Origin: Hyphomicrobiaceae bacterium
Lineage (GTDB): Bacteria; Pseudomonadota; Alphaproteobacteria; Rhizobiales; Hyphomicrobiaceae
Direction of reading: 5' to 3'
Length of the DNA: 64,000 nt
Assembly: GCA_035550075.1 (NCBI GenBank)
Contig: DASZQG010000049.1
Span: 7,490 to 71,489, forward strand
Shown here piece after piece: positions 27,825-37,454 of this stretch. The notes under the pieces were generated by a model. It had not been told where the DNA came from. It worked only from the letters and a program-made list of their open reading frames with translations, and made no database searches. Numbering within the stretch: the stretch's first letter is position 1; the number at the start of each line of letters is the position of its first letter. A program made the position numbers and the translations under genes.

Positions 27825-28844
27825 CTATCGTTTCGCGCGCGCCGGGTCGCGGTCAAGCCCGGCCAGGGCCAACAGCTCGCTTGCGGCGACGGCGGGGGTG
27901 CGCTTGCCCTTGCGCACGTCCTCCTCCAGCGACTTTTGCCGTTTCGCGACGGCGGCATTGCTGCGCAAGGCGCTCAGCAGCCGCTCCTGCAGAATGTCGC
28001 GCATCCAGGTCACCGCCTGCTCGCCGCGGCGCGCGGCGAAGGCGCCCGAGGCGGTCATGATCGCGCGGTGGGTCTCGATCTTCTCCCACAGCGTGTCCAG
28101 GCCGCGGTTGTCCCTGGCCGAAATGGTGAGCACCGGCGGCTTCCAGTCGGGCGTGCCGGGACTGAGGATGTCCAGGGCGCCCTGGTAGACGGCGGCGGCC
28201 TTGGTGGCGCGGGCGACATTGTCGCCATCGGCCTTGGTGATGGCGATGACGTCGGCGATCTCCATGATGCCGCGCTTGATGCCCTGCAGGTCGTCGCCGC
28301 CGCCGGCCAGCATCAGCAGCAGGAAAACATCGACCATGCCCGCCACCGCCAGCTCCGACTGGCCGACGCCGACCGTCTCCACCAGAACAACGTCGAAGCC
28401 GGCGGCTTCCACCAGGCTCATCGTCTCGCGCGTCTTGCGCGCGACGCCGCCGAGCGTGCCGGAGGACGGCGAAGGACGGATGAAGGCCGCCGGGCTCTGC
28501 GCCAGGCGCGGCATGCGTGTCTTGTCGCCCAGGATCGAGCCGCCCGAGCGGGTCGAGGTGGGATCGACCGCCAGCACGGCGACCCGGCGGCCAGCCGCCA
28601 CCAGGTTGATGCCCAGCTGGTCGATGGTGGTGGACTTGCCGACCCCCGGCACGCCTGTGATGCCGACGCGATGGGCCTTGCCGGTGCTCGGCAGCAGGGT
28701 CTGCAGGAGTTGCTCGGCGCGGGTGGCGTCTTCGGGCCTGGCGCTTTCGACCAGCGTGATGGCGCGGCCAAGCGTGGCGCGGTCGCCGGCCAGCACGCCG
28801 GCGGCGATGTCGTCGATGCGGGCGGCAGGTAGCGCGGCAGGCAT
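27825..28844 (-). CDS. meaB: methylmalonyl-CoA mutase-associated GTPase MeaB (ArgK family)
   Basis: P-loop GVPGVGKSTTIDQLG, VAVLAVDPTS, the switch region ETVGVGQSE and NKADG-like ITKADG. Confidence 0.9.
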   Translation of the reverse strand: MPAALPAARIDDIAAGVLAGDRATLGRAITLVESARPEDATRAEQLLQTLLPSTGKAHRVGITGVPGVGKSTTIDQLGINLVAAGRRVAVLAVDPTSTRSGGSILGDKTRMPRLAQSPAAFIRPSPSSGTLGGVARKTRETMSLVEAAGFDVVLVETVGVGQSELAVAGMVDVFLLLMLAGGGDDLQGIKRGIMEIADVIAITKADGDNVARATKAAAVYQGALDILSPGTPDWKPPVLTISARDNRGLDTLWEKIETHRAIMTASGAFAARRGEQAVTWMRDILQERLLSALRSNAAVAKRQKSLEEDVRKGKRTPAVAASELLALAGLDRDPARAKR

Positions 28845-28932
28845 GGTCAGAGGCGGCTCCTCGGTGCCGCGAGCATGGGTAGAATCGGGCCGAGCGGCAA
28901 GGGCCGGAAAGTGCGATCGTGCGGTCCGAGGC

Positions 28933-29466
28933 TCAGTGATGATGGTGCGGCATCGGCTGCGAGGAAGTGTAGCCGCGCAGCTTGCGGTAGGCGGCCACCT
29001 GCTCCGGTGTCAACACCTCCATCATCGCCAGGTGATACTTGAGATGCGCGGCGCGCAGCTTGCCTTGCGTCGCGCCGATTTCGGCCGTCGCCGCTGCCAG
29101 GGTGGCCGGGGTGACCTCATGCCGGGCGAACAGGCGATCGAGCCTGGTTTCCTGGGCGATCAGGCGCTCTCCCATCGGGATCGCTTCCGCCTTCATCGCC
29201 TCGAACAGTTCCTTGGTTCGCGCCCGCTGCGCGCTTGTCAGACTGAGAGTATCTGCATTCTCCAGAACGTGCGCCGGACCCGGATACCCGTTCAGCTCGG
29301 CGGGCAGGGCGAAACCCATGCCGCGGCCGGCTTTCAGGTCGGCGATCTGCGTTTCGGAGAGAGCCTTGACGTCGCGCTGCTGCAACCCGGCGTAGGGCTG
29401 GTGGCTTTGCGCCAGGACTAAGCCCGTAGAGGCCAGATAGGCGAGCATCGCAAGCAGCCGGACCAT
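28933..29466 (-). CDS. periplasmic Spy/CpxP-like (LTXXQ) protein with C-terminal HHHH
   Basis: Signal peptide MVRLLAMLAYLASTGLVLAQS and two LTXXQ motifs (LTSAQR, LTPEQV). The protein ends SSQPMPHHHH. Confidence 0.72.
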   Translation of the reverse strand: MVRLLAMLAYLASTGLVLAQSHQPYAGLQQRDVKALSETQIADLKAGRGMGFALPAELNGYPGPAHVLENADTLSLTSAQRARTKELFEAMKAEAIPMGERLIAQETRLDRLFARHEVTPATLAAATAEIGATQGKLRAAHLKYHLAMMEVLTPEQVAAYRKLRGYTSSQPMPHHHH

Positions 29467-29525
29467 GGTGTGTGACTCCTCTTTGGTGCGTTCGCTGGCG
29501 TCGACCTTAGCACGGCCGGTGCAGC

Positions 29526-30572
29526 TTAATCCTTCGACAGCACGCGCTCGATGCCGTCGCTGCCCTCGGCCCAGGCGAGCCGGCCCTGCCGCAGCATGAA
29601 GTTCACGTGCGCCTGCACCTCGCTGAACGCGAAGCTCATCTGGTGCGGATCGAGTTCGCGCGAGAACAGCACGGGCACCAGCTCGGCGGCCGACTGCGGC
29701 GTGGTGCGGCAGGCCGCGGCGATTGCCGAGCAGCGCGCCTCGTGATGCGCGATCAGCTCGTCGCTGCGCGTGTGCAGGCCGAAGAAGGGAAGCTGATGGC
29801 CGGGCAGCACCAGCACGTCGGCGGGGATCTTGGTCTTCAGCTCATTGAGGGAGCGCAGGTAGAGGCCGAGCGGGTCGCCGTCCGGCTCGACGGCCCACAC
29901 GGAGATGTTGGGCGTGATCTTGGCGAGCACCTGGTCGGCGGCCAGGAACACCTTGTCGGCGGCGCAATAGAGCATGATCTGCTCCGGCGCGTGGCCGTTG
30001 CCCGAGAGCACATCGAACGTGCGCCCGCCGATCTTGAGCGTGTCGCCGGCGACGAGCCGGTGGAACGTCAGGGGCAGGCCGGACACCATCTTGAGGTAGC
30101 CGTGGCCCTGCGTGGTGACGCGCTGGGTGGTGACGGCGTCGAGCCCGTGGCGCAGGTAGAACTCGCGATACGGCTTGGCGTCGAGCGCTCCGGGGCTCAG
30201 CGAGATGTTGAGGCAGGCGAGATAGCTCGTCTGGCTTGTGAGCAGCGGCAGGTTGAAGCGCTCGCACAGCCAGCCGGCGAGCCCGATATGGTCGGGGTGG
30301 TAGTGGGTGACGATCAGGCGCGTGAAGCGGCGGCCGGCCAGTGGTCCGGCCACCAGCGCATCCCACACCGCGCGCGTGGCGTCGTTGCCGATGCCGGTGT
30401 CGAGGATCGCCCAGCCGTCGCCGTCATCGATCAGGTAAACATTGATGTGGTTGAGCCGGAACGGCAGCGGGATGCGCGCCCACAGGATGCCGGGCGCGAT
30501 CTCCTTCAGTTCTCCCGCAGCGGGCGGCTGCTCGACCGGGAAAACAAGCTGGCTCTTCGGGATGATGTTCAA
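29526..30572 (-). CDS. MBL-fold metallo-hydrolase
   Basis: The THYHPDHIG motif (HxHxDH) sits in a 348-aa protein with the typical beta-lactamase-fold order. Confidence 0.88.
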   Translation of the reverse strand: MNIIPKSQLVFPVEQPPAAGELKEIAPGILWARIPLPFRLNHINVYLIDDGDGWAILDTGIGNDATRAVWDALVAGPLAGRRFTRLIVTHYHPDHIGLAGWLCERFNLPLLTSQTSYLACLNISLSPGALDAKPYREFYLRHGLDAVTTQRVTTQGHGYLKMVSGLPLTFHRLVAGDTLKIGGRTFDVLSGNGHAPEQIMLYCAADKVFLAADQVLAKITPNISVWAVEPDGDPLGLYLRSLNELKTKIPADVLVLPGHQLPFFGLHTRSDELIAHHEARCSAIAAACRTTPQSAAELVPVLFSRELDPHQMSFAFSEVQAHVNFMLRQGRLAWAEGSDGIERVLSKD

Positions 30573-30592
30573 AAGGTGGTCCTGTCGATCCG

Positions 30593-31624
30593 TTATCGCC
30601 GTGCGGTGGGATCGTCGCCGAGCTTGACCTGCAGCTTGCCGAAATTGTCACCGCGCAGCAGGCCGATGAACGCCGCAGGCGCCTTGTTAATGCCTTCGAC
30701 GATGTCTTCCTTGTACTTGATGCGGCCCGAGCGCACCCACTCGCCCATCTGCCGGCGGGCCATATCATACTTGCCGTTGAAGTCCCAAACGATGAAACCG
30801 CGCATGGTGACGCGGCGGCCGACGAACATGCCGAGAAGGCGGGGACCCATCTGCGGCTCGGCGGCGTTGTACTGCGAGATTGAACCGCACAGTGCCACGC
30901 GGGAGAAGAAGTTGAGGTTGAGGAATACCGCGTCGCTCACCGGGCCGCCGACATTGTCGAAGTAGACGTCGACTCCGTTCGGGCAAGCGGCCTTCACGGC
31001 GGCGGTGAGGTTCTTCTCCGCCTTGTAGTCGATGCAGGCATCGAAGCCGAGCGTATCGGTGACGAAGGCGCATTTCTTCGCACCCCCGGCGATGCCGACG
31101 GCGCGGCAGCCGGCGATCTTGGCGAGCTGGCCGACTATCTGGCCCACGGCGCCGGAGGCAGCCGACACCACCACTGTCTCGCCGGGCTTGGGCTGTCCCA
31201 TCTCGAACAGGCCGAAGTAGGCGGTCATGCCCGGCATGCCGAGCACGCCGTTGGCGGTGGAGATGGGTGCGAGCGATGGATCGATCTTGCGCATCGCCGG
31301 GCCGGGGCCGATGGCATATTCCTGCCAGCCGAGCCGGTCCTCGATGATGTCGCCCACCTTGTAGTCGGGGTGGTTGGATTTGACGACCTCGCCGACCGTG
31401 CCACCGGTCATCACCTCGCCGATCTGGACCGGGGCGGCGTAGGAGGCAGCGTCCCGCATGCGGCCGCGCATGTAGGGGTCGAGCGAGAGATAAATCACGC
31501 GCACCAGCACCTGGCGCGGCCCCGGCTCGGGCAGCGGCGCCTCCTCGATGCGGAAATCGCTTTCGCTCACCTCGCCGGGCGGACGGCGGGCGAGCACGAC
31601 GCGGCGGTAGGTCTTGGGCAGCAT
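30593..31624 (-). CDS. NADP-dependent oxidoreductase (medium-chain, alkenal/one reductase-like)
   Basis: VVSAASGAVGQIVGQLAKIAGCRAVGIAG cofactor motif. The overall sequence is YncB/CurA-like. The start MLPKTYRRV has an AGGAG RBS. Confidence 0.85.
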   Translation of the reverse strand: MLPKTYRRVVLARRPPGEVSESDFRIEEAPLPEPGPRQVLVRVIYLSLDPYMRGRMRDAASYAAPVQIGEVMTGGTVGEVVKSNHPDYKVGDIIEDRLGWQEYAIGPGPAMRKIDPSLAPISTANGVLGMPGMTAYFGLFEMGQPKPGETVVVSAASGAVGQIVGQLAKIAGCRAVGIAGGAKKCAFVTDTLGFDACIDYKAEKNLTAAVKAACPNGVDVYFDNVGGPVSDAVFLNLNFFSRVALCGSISQYNAAEPQMGPRLLGMFVGRRVTMRGFIVWDFNGKYDMARRQMGEWVRSGRIKYKEDIVEGINKAPAAFIGLLRGDNFGKLQVKLGDDPTARR

Positions 31625-31700
31625 GGATGCGCTCCTGATGATGTCAGGCAAAAAGAAGCCGCCGGCAGCATAGACCGCGCGGCGGCTTCGCCAAGGCCTT

Positions 31701-32747
31701 TCAGCCCATCTGAGCGGCGGGCGTGGAGCGGGAGATCTTTTGCTCCTCCTCCGTCATGTCGGCCGGGATGCTGGCGAACAGGGGCGTCGAGAGATAACGC
31801 TCGCCGGTGTCCGGCAGCATGGCCAGGATGGTGGAGCCCTTGGGCGCCTCGGCCGCTACCTTCAGCGCGCCGGCAAAAGTGCCACCGGCGCTGATGCCGA
31901 CGAAGATGCCCTCTTTAGTAGCCAGCTCGTTGCTCATGCGCAGCGCCTCCGGCCCCGGGACCGGCACGATCTTGTGGATCAGCTTCATGGCGACGGCGTC
32001 GCCGGTGATCTTCGGGATGAAGTCCGGCGTCCAGCCCTGCATCGGATGCGGTTTGAACGCGGGATGCGCGGCGGCGGGCGAGCCGTCCGGGTTGCGTGCC
32101 TGCTCGGTGCCGCTGCCCAGAAGCTGGGCATCTTCCGGCTCGCACACGATCACCTTGGTGTTGGGGCTCTCCTTGGCGAGCACGCGCGCCACGCCCTTCA
32201 GCGTGCCACCGGTGCCGTAGCCTGTCACCCAGTAGTCGAGCTTGGTGTCGGCGAAGTCGTCGATGATCTCGCGGGCGGTGGTGCGCGAATGGTAGTCGGG
32301 GTTCGCCTCGTTCTCGAACTGGCGGGTGAGGAACCAGCCGTGCGTCTTGGCGAGCTCGACGGCCTTCGTCACCATCGCCATGCCGCGGCCTGCGGCGGGC
32401 GTGATGACGACCTTGGCACCGAGGAAGCGCATCAGCCGGCGGCGCTCGACGCTGAAGGTCTCGGCCATTGTCACCACCAATGGGTAGCCTTTGGCCGCGC
32501 ACACCATGGCAAGGCCGATGCCGGTGTTGCCGCTGGTGGCCTCGATCACGGTCTGGCCGGGTTTCAGCTCGCCGGATTTCTCCGCCGCCTCGATGACGCC
32601 GAGGGCAAGCCGGTCCTTCACGGAACCGAGCGGGTTGAACGCCTCGATCTTGACGAACAGGTTGACGCCCGCGGGCGCCAGCCGGTTGATCTTGACGACC
32701 GGGGTGCGTCCGACGGTCTCCAGAATGCTGGCATATCTGCGTCCCAT
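31701..32747 (-). CDS. PLP-dependent cysteine synthase family protein
   Basis: NPLGSVKDRLA (PLP lysine), TSGNTGIGLA and GTGGT motifs in a 348-aa protein. Confidence 0.88.
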   Translation of the reverse strand: MGRRYASILETVGRTPVVKINRLAPAGVNLFVKIEAFNPLGSVKDRLALGVIEAAEKSGELKPGQTVIEATSGNTGIGLAMVCAAKGYPLVVTMAETFSVERRRLMRFLGAKVVITPAAGRGMAMVTKAVELAKTHGWFLTRQFENEANPDYHSRTTAREIIDDFADTKLDYWVTGYGTGGTLKGVARVLAKESPNTKVIVCEPEDAQLLGSGTEQARNPDGSPAAAHPAFKPHPMQGWTPDFIPKITGDAVAMKLIHKIVPVPGPEALRMSNELATKEGIFVGISAGGTFAGALKVAAEAPKGSTILAMLPDTGERYLSTPLFASIPADMTEEEQKISRSTPAAQMG

Positions 32748-32786
32748 GCTACCTCCTCACTCCCTTCAAACACCTATGACTGCAAT

Positions 32787-33164
32787 TCACGCTTGCCTGG
32801 CCGGCCGCATCTGCGCCGGGTCGTAGAAGAACCGTTCGCGCGCAATGCGCTCGCCGGCCCACTCCTGCAGGGCCAGCTCGTCGAGACGCAGCACGACGCC
32901 GGTGGCGTCGGCCATTTCGAACACCCAATTGATGACGACCCGGTCGCCGTCGATCAGCACGGCCTTGGCGGGCAGGGCGCGCGTGTTGGGAAAGCGGGCG
33001 AGGAGGGCCTTTTCGTGCGCAACGAGTATGTCGCGTCCCACGCGCGGCGGCGCGCTGTTCTCCTGCATCGAGGCATCGGGGTGATAGAAGCTCTCGATCG
33101 CCTGCACGAACGCACCGTTTTCGACCGTGGCGATGAAGTCCCGCACGCGTTCGCGGCTCGGCAT
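32787..33164 (-). CDS. SnoaL/NTF2-like small protein
   Basis: 125 aa. FIATVENGAFVQAIESFYHPDASMQEN...INWVFEM is an NTF2-fold pattern. Confidence 0.7.
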   Translation of the reverse strand: MPSRERVRDFIATVENGAFVQAIESFYHPDASMQENSAPPRVGRDILVAHEKALLARFPNTRALPAKAVLIDGDRVVINWVFEMADATGVVLRLDELALQEWAGERIARERFFYDPAQMRPARQA

Positions 33165-33348
33165 TGACCAACCCCGTCGCCCGCAATGACACCCGAGTGC
33201 CTACGCCAACACCGGCCCGGCCGCAACGGGGCTGCTTCAAGGGATAAGCGTAAGATACCGCATTTGAAAGAAAAAGGGCATTGAAGCGGTTCGAGGTAAG
33301 CTCTTCGTTGTATTTCGGCGGGCAGCCGCCGCGCGCGCCGCAGGCGAG

Positions 33349-34281
33349 CTAGGATTGGCTCACGGGCGACTGCGGGCGGGTCCGCTGTGCCAGCAATATG
33401 CCGCCGATCACCAGCACCAGTGCGACGGCGTGAAAGGTGGCGAACTGTTCCCCCAGCAGTGCCACCGCGAGGATGGCCGAGAACACCGGCACGAGATTGA
33501 CATAGACGCCGGCGCGGCCCGGGCCGATCAGGTCCACCCCGCGCAACCAGAAGATCTGCGAGGCGCACGAGGGAAAGATGGCGACGTAGAGCGTCACAAG
33601 GAAGCCCTGCAGCGACGGCACCCGCAGAGTACCCATCACCGCCTCGTAGGCCACCAACGGAATGGAGGTCAGCGCGGCGATCAGCGCCAGCAGGGTGAAG
33701 AACACCGCGCTCGGCATTTCCGGCCGATCGCGCAGCGCCACCGTATAGAACGCGTAAAAGATGCACGAGATGATCATCATCACGTCGCCACGGTTTAGCT
33801 CGTTCTCGAACACCGCGAGCGGCATGCCTTGCGTGGCCACCACCACGACGCCAATGGTCGTCACCAGCACGCCGACGAGCTGGATCGGCGACACCCGCGT
33901 GCCCTGCACGAGAAACGCGCCGGCCAGAACGAGCACGGGAATCGCGCCCTGCAGGATGCCGAGGTTGACGGCGCTGGTGTAGTAGGCGGCGATGTAGAAC
34001 ATCACGTTGAAGGCGGTGAAGCCGAGCGTTACCATCAGCACGATGGTGCCGAGCCGCCGGCGGATGGCCGGCCAGTGCCGGCGCACTTCCCTTCCGTGGA
34101 TCGGCCACAGCACGGCCACCACCAGCACCCAGCGCAGCGACGTCAGCAGCAGCGGGGTGATCTCACCGATGGCCAGCCGGCCGGAGATGGTGTTGCCGGC
34201 CCAGAACAGCGCCGCGAGCGCCAGCAGCAGCGCGGGCGAGCCGTAGAGCCGGTAAGCCAGGAGTGAAAGACTGCTGCTCAT
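33349..34281 (-). CDS. DMT-superfamily (EamA-like) transporter
   Basis: Ten predicted TM helices and two EamA-like halves. Start chosen at MSSSLSLLAYRL. Confidence 0.85.
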   Translation of the reverse strand: MSSSLSLLAYRLYGSPALLLALAALFWAGNTISGRLAIGEITPLLLTSLRWVLVVAVLWPIHGREVRRHWPAIRRRLGTIVLMVTLGFTAFNVMFYIAAYYTSAVNLGILQGAIPVLVLAGAFLVQGTRVSPIQLVGVLVTTIGVVVVATQGMPLAVFENELNRGDVMMIISCIFYAFYTVALRDRPEMPSAVFFTLLALIAALTSIPLVAYEAVMGTLRVPSLQGFLVTLYVAIFPSCASQIFWLRGVDLIGPGRAGVYVNLVPVFSAILAVALLGEQFATFHAVALVLVIGGILLAQRTRPQSPVSQS

Positions 34282-34376
34282 CGGTGCGAAAGGGGGTGGA
34301 GTGCTGCGGCCGGGGCCCGACACCTAGCAGAAATCCGCGCGGCGGGAACCGTCGCGTTGCAGGATTGGTGGGGCCC

Positions 34377-34760
34377 TCAGGATGCGGGCCGCTCCTCGAT
34401 GGCGTCGACGCGGGAGGGATAGAACGCCACGTGGCCCTTGATCTGCGCGACGGCCGGATAGGGGTCCTCGTAGGTCCACACCGCGTTGACTGAGCGCTGC
34501 CCGCCGGCGGGAATGCTGTAGTAGCTGCAATCGCCCTTGTAGGGGCAATAGGTTTTGTGCGCGGTGGGCTCCAGCAGTCCCATGTCCACATCCTCGCGTG
34601 GAATGTACTGCACGGGCTTGTAACCGGCCTCGCGCAGCGTCAGCGCCGCGCGCGTGTCGGCCACCACCCGGCCCGCGACGGTGACGACCACGCGGGCAGG
34701 GTTGTGCGCGATGGTGATGGGATGATCGGGGCCGGGCAGTTTCATTTCCGGTGCGGACAT
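34377..34760 (-). CDS. DUF427 domain-containing protein
   Basis: GRVVADTRAALTLREAGYKPVQYIPREDVDM...HKTYCPYKGDCSYYSI...AVWTYEDPYPAVAQIKGHVAFY is the canonical DUF427 pattern. Confidence 0.85.
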   Translation of the reverse strand: MSAPEMKLPGPDHPITIAHNPARVVVTVAGRVVADTRAALTLREAGYKPVQYIPREDVDMGLLEPTAHKTYCPYKGDCSYYSIPAGGQRSVNAVWTYEDPYPAVAQIKGHVAFYPSRVDAIEERPAS

Positions 34761-35083
34761 GGGTTCACGCGCTCTCTCGCTGACAGGTCAGCTCGCGGCT
34801 CGATTTCGGCCGCCATAGCGCGGGGCACGCCGACCCGCAAGCGGGTACATCGAAGGGTGGGTCAGACGGAGCGGCCCGCGCTCCGTGGCTTTCTGCCGCC
34901 AGTGCGCACGCGCGCCGGCTTTGGCTCTGCCATTCCTTCAGGATCACGCAATCGGGAGCGGGCCGCCGACGCACGCGGCATCACAGCGCTGCACGTACTC
35001 GGCGAGGCCGCGCCCGAGTCCCTTCAGCTCCTTGAGCTTCCCAGGCTGGCGCCATCCGGCCCTTCGCGGTAGAGGGTGACGCA

Positions 35084-35806
35084 ATGCTCGACCGCGTGCA
35101 CGAGTCGCTTTGGGTCGCCGAAGGAGGAAATGTCAGCTTCATTGGCATTCCCTATCCGACGCGGTCCGTCATCGCTCGCTTTGCCAACGGCGACTTGTGG
35201 GTCTGGTCGCCCGTCAAGCTGACCGCGGCGCTGCGCAGCGAAGTCGACCGCCTGGGCTCGGTGCGTCACCTCGTGAGCCCCAACAAGCTCCATCACCTCT
35301 ATCTGCAGGACTGGAAGGCGGCCTATCCCGACGCGTTGCTGTGGGGGCCGCAATCAACGATCAAAAAGCGTCCCGACCTGCGTTTCCGCGAAGCGCTCAA
35401 GGATAGCCCGCCGCCCGAATGGGGCCACGACATCGACCAGGCCTGGTTCCGCGGCTCGTTTGCCATGGACGAGATCGTGTTCCTTCACCGCCCGTCGGCC
35501 ACTGCAATCGTCGCCGATCTGATCCAGACCTTCAGCGATCGCTTTCTCCGCGAGCACTGGGGCTTTTGGCGCTTCCTGGCGCGGCTGGATGGTCTCACCG
35601 AGGAGCAGGCCTGCGCGCCGCTGGAGTGGCGGCTGTCGTTCATCAACCGGGCACCGGCGCGCCGGGCCCGCGACAAGGTATTGGGCTGGAACTGCCAGCG
35701 CGTCATCGTGGCTCACGGCGAGCGGCCGCGCGGCAACGGCAATGCCGTTCTCGCGCAGTCCTTTCGCTGGCTTGGTCCCAATCGGCGCCCGGACGAGGCG
35801 GCGTGA
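35084..35806 (+). CDS. DUF4336 domain-containing protein
   Basis: LWVAEG..VSFIGIPYPTRSVIARFANGDLWVWSP...VRHLVSPNKLHHLYL..W matches the family as I recall it. There is no in-frame start upstream of 35084. Confidence 0.78.
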   Translation: MLDRVHESLWVAEGGNVSFIGIPYPTRSVIARFANGDLWVWSPVKLTAALRSEVDRLGSVRHLVSPNKLHHLYLQDWKAAYPDALLWGPQSTIKKRPDLRFREALKDSPPPEWGHDIDQAWFRGSFAMDEIVFLHRPSATAIVADLIQTFSDRFLREHWGFWRFLARLDGLTEEQACAPLEWRLSFINRAPARRARDKVLGWNCQRVIVAHGERPRGNGNAVLAQSFRWLGPNRRPDEAA

Positions 35807-35998
35807 ACGCCCCCTGCAGCGTCGGTCGGGAAACCGGCACCCGGAGGGCTGCGGAGCAGAAAAAGGTGGACGCAACGCGGGCCGCCGACTTGTTCGCGCG
35901 CAGGACCTGACGCTGGCGCGCCGGCTTTTTGCCAGTGGCACGTTCCCGATTGGGCAACCCCGATCAGGGAGTGCCACCGATCCAGGGAGAGCAAAGAC

Positions 35999-36412
35999 AT
36001 GGAAGACTACACGCTCAGTATCGTCGGGGTGCTCGCACTCTGCCTGCTGTCGATCCTTTTGGCGGTCTATTCCGGATCGTCCAAGGGCCGTGCCCAGGCG
36101 CTCTCGGGCCCGGTATTTCCGGCCAACGATGACAACCTGCTCTATCGGATCGACCGGGCGCACATGAACTCGGTGGAGGCGTTAGCACCTTTTGTGGTGC
36201 CCGCCGTGCTTGCGATGATCGTGGGTGTGGGACCGGCAACGCTGGCGGTGCTGGTATGGCTCCATCTCGCGATACGGCTGGCTCACCTGGCCATCTATCT
36301 GCGCGGTGGCAATGCAGCCAAGGGTGGCAGCGTCAGGACCATCCTCTTTGTCTCGGGGGCGCTGGTCACCGTGATCCTTATCGTGCTGACCGGCTGGACG
36401 GCGCTCTCCTGA
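35999..36412 (+). CDS. MAPEG-family membrane protein (glutathione-transferase-like), copy 1
   Basis: 137 aa with 3-4 TM helices. RAHMNSVEALAPFVVPAVLA...HLAIRLAHLAIYL is the MAPEG pattern. Confidence 0.78.
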   Translation: MEDYTLSIVGVLALCLLSILLAVYSGSSKGRAQALSGPVFPANDDNLLYRIDRAHMNSVEALAPFVVPAVLAMIVGVGPATLAVLVWLHLAIRLAHLAIYLRGGNAAKGGSVRTILFVSGALVTVILIVLTGWTALS

Positions 36413-37352
36413 GGAGGTCAGCTCGAGCAGGCGTTGTGGACACATCATCTACGAGCCACTCATAGAATGCTGCTACCTCCCGCCGTCGGAGCGACTGGGG
36501 CGCCGCGACCACATAATAAGCCCAGCGGATCGGCCACCGCCGTTCCGGGAACAGCTCGCAAAGGCGGCGGGTTGCGATCTCGTTGGCGACGAGTGCCCGG
36601 CGCACGAGTGCAACGCCTTGGCCGGCGACTGCCGCCTGCACAACCGCGGACGTTGCATTGATCTTGAGCATCGGGCTATCGCCGCGCGATCCCGCTCCAA
36701 CGTGTAGCAACCAATCCTGCCAGCTTGGGAAACCGCCACCTCGATGTGGCGTTGCATCTTCGATCAATGTCTGACCGGAAAGCCACTGCGCCATATCCAT
36801 ACCCTGCGGCCGCAATATCAGGGGGCTCGCCACCGCAATCACGTCCTCGTCCATGAGCTTTGTTGCGCGAACGCCCTTCCATTCACCAAGCCCGCAGCGC
36901 ACGCCGATGTCGGCTTCGCCTTTTGTCAGGTCGAGCAATCGGTCGGACACATCCAGGCGCACATCGATACCGCGATGGCGGCGGTTGAAACGCTCAAGGC
37001 GAAAGATGAGCCAATTTGCGACGAGCACCTGAGAGGCGGTCACGAGAACCGCAGCCCTCCCCTTGGGACCCCTCAATCGCTTTAGCCCCTCCTCCAGCGC
37101 GTCCAAGCCGAGCGTGATGTCTTCGAGCGCAGTGCGCACTTCCTCGGTTACAGCCAGCCTTTCCTTGCCTGAGCGTGAGCGGCGGAAAACAGGACGACCG
37201 ACCCAGTCCTCGAGCGAGCGTACTAACTGTCCAACTGCGGTAGCCGTCACCCCTAGCTCAGCAGCAGCGCCGGTAAACGATCCGTGCCGGGCGGCAGCCT
37301 CAAAGGCCTGAAGCGAGCGCAGACGCGATAGCGATCTCACGTCACCCCCCAA
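36378..37352 (-). CDS. LysR-family transcriptional regulator (GcvA-like)
   Basis: HTH LRSLQAFEAAARHGSFTGAAAELGVTATAVGQLVRSLEDWVGRPVFRR. The last 35 bp overlap the convergent MAPEG gene. Confidence 0.9.
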   Translation of the reverse strand: MGGDVRSLSRLRSLQAFEAAARHGSFTGAAAELGVTATAVGQLVRSLEDWVGRPVFRRSRSGKERLAVTEEVRTALEDITLGLDALEEGLKRLRGPKGRAAVLVTASQVLVANWLIFRLERFNRRHRGIDVRLDVSDRLLDLTKGEADIGVRCGLGEWKGVRATKLMDEDVIAVASPLILRPQGMDMAQWLSGQTLIEDATPHRGGGFPSWQDWLLHVGAGSRGDSPMLKINATSAVVQAAVAGQGVALVRRALVANEIATRRLCELFPERRWPIRWAYYVVAAPQSLRRREVAAFYEWLVDDVSTTPARADLLRRAPSSRSAR

Positions 37353-37454
37353 AGAGCAAACTCAACGCAGTTTTTCTTCGTCGTCGCCTCTTTTCTTACA
37401 CCTCGCGCAAACGAAGTGAAAGGTCGATTGTGACGCTGCTCAAGGGAGTCAAGG

